Source of the DNA: Trichosphaerium sp. ATCC 40318
Taxonomy: Eukaryota > Protista > Tubulinea
Length of the DNA stretch: 64,000 nucleotides
Direction: 5' to 3'
Assembly (NCBI GenBank): GCA_038496445.1
Contig: JALMLS010000571.1
Location: 1 to 64,000, forward strand
Part shown: one piece after another, positions 63,051 to 64,000 of the stretch
Layout of the letters: the number at the start of each line of letters is the position of its first letter
Numbering within the stretch: position 1 is the stretch's first letter
The notes under the pieces: generated by a model
What the model saw: only the letters and a program-made list of their open reading frames with translations
The model's database searches: none
What the model was told of the DNA's origin: nothing
Made by a program: the position numbers and the translations under genes

Positions 63051-64000
63051 TGTATTGGGTTTTGTTGTTAGAATGAACCTAGGGCACGCGACACATCAAA
63101 TAAAGGAACTTCCACAAATTTGCATTGTGATATAGTGACTCACATGCACTGAATCCGTACCATCCCAGAACCGTTGTTTCAGTTATCCCTACTTTGTTTT
63201 TGTGAGTTTTTACCTTAATGAAATAAACCAAAAGTGAAGTGGTACGATTGTAAGTATGCCTTCATCGCAATAAATACAGTTTTACTTGTTTAAAGCTTCG
63301 AGGTTTTTCGTGACGGTCTCATTTCACTTAACATTTCCTGAAAGATCGTCACTATTTTAATGATCTGTAATGCAACATAGACATACCACACAGTGGGTAA
63401 CTTTGCATAGCAACTTTTTATATTTTTCGTATAAATCATGAGAAGTGTATTTTTCTCCGAAGTGCGAAGCTTTCTTGAACAGCTATTCATAAACGATGTG
63501 AGTATGTAAGCACTAGGGCTAATAAAAAACAATGAATCTGAATAATTGCCGTTTGAAGGTTTCACGTGATTAGTGTACTTTGTTTTTTCTTCAGCAAATT
63601 GTGTTTTTGCAAGTTGCAAGTTTCACAAAAAAAGATTAATACTTAGAAATCTGTTTTATTCAACATACAGCGGGCTGCTCCAGATACCCTCGTTTTCTAT
63701 ACAAACACATTTTGTTCTTAATAGTAAAGAATACAGCAACACCAATAATACAACTACCAGTTAGATATAAAAAAGAACAATAAAAAGTTGTTTGATTCTT
63801 TTCACCTCTATTTGTGATTCACTTATCTGCGTCAATGCAATACTTCAAAGGTACAGGCTTTTGTATACATAGTTGCTCACCTATGATATCTAGCTTCGGC
63901 AACCATTGCTGAGAACAACATATTCGATACTTCCTATTGCCTACAAATATGAAAATCCAGTTGTTAGCTTGCCTTGCATGTGGAGTTAATTGAACAAAAC

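Noticed and set aside
63290-64000. Possible partial gene at the window end
   Set aside because: I could not build a consistent exon chain or find a motif.
1-64000. Prokaryotic operon, CRISPR array, tRNA/rRNA, intact transposon, contiguous endogenous virus or alternative genetic code
   Set aside because: In-frame stops are explained by GT/GC-AG introns under the standard code. No repeat-spacer arrays, tRNA boxes, transposase/RT or viral core genes were seen, and the virus-like genes are isolated among host genes.

Overview
This is eukaryotic nuclear DNA, AT-rich (about 36% GC by eye) and gene-dense, with about 33 protein-coding genes. Most genes are split by short spliceosomal introns (about 35-120 nt), so the ORF track shows only exon fragments. 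The gene content (CAR-type GPCR, ankyrin-PARP, Trp-rich helical repeats, giant-virus-like F-box/MORN and F-box/LRR genes) suggests a free-living amoeboid protist, probably an amoebozoan; this is inference. Recognisable genes: Myt1/Wee1 kinase, mitochondrial S12, AAA ATPase, GPCR, EcKL kinase, EEF1AKMT4, G1-like peptidase, UPF3, Rab, PrimPol, SelO, nitronate monooxygenase, AIP1/WDR1, PARL rhomboid, DUF676 lipase, Ind1/NUBPL and a C5 DNA methyltransferase. The main leads are: (1) a DNMT3-type methyltransferase with an N-terminal BAH-like domain; (2) at least 47 copies of the palindrome CACGTG against about 7 expected; (3) a Rab1-like GTPase that has swapped C-terminal prenylation for an N-terminal MGNSC acylation exon; (4) an Ind1 homologue lacking its CxxC motif; (5) a MoaD-like protein without the Gly-Gly tail; (6) a secreted cationic 8-Cys peptide; (7) an ankyrin-PARP whose active-site loop is built from 6- and 15-nt microexons. 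No tRNA, rRNA, CRISPR array or intact transposon was found. All gene models were built by hand without tools, so boundaries are approximate.
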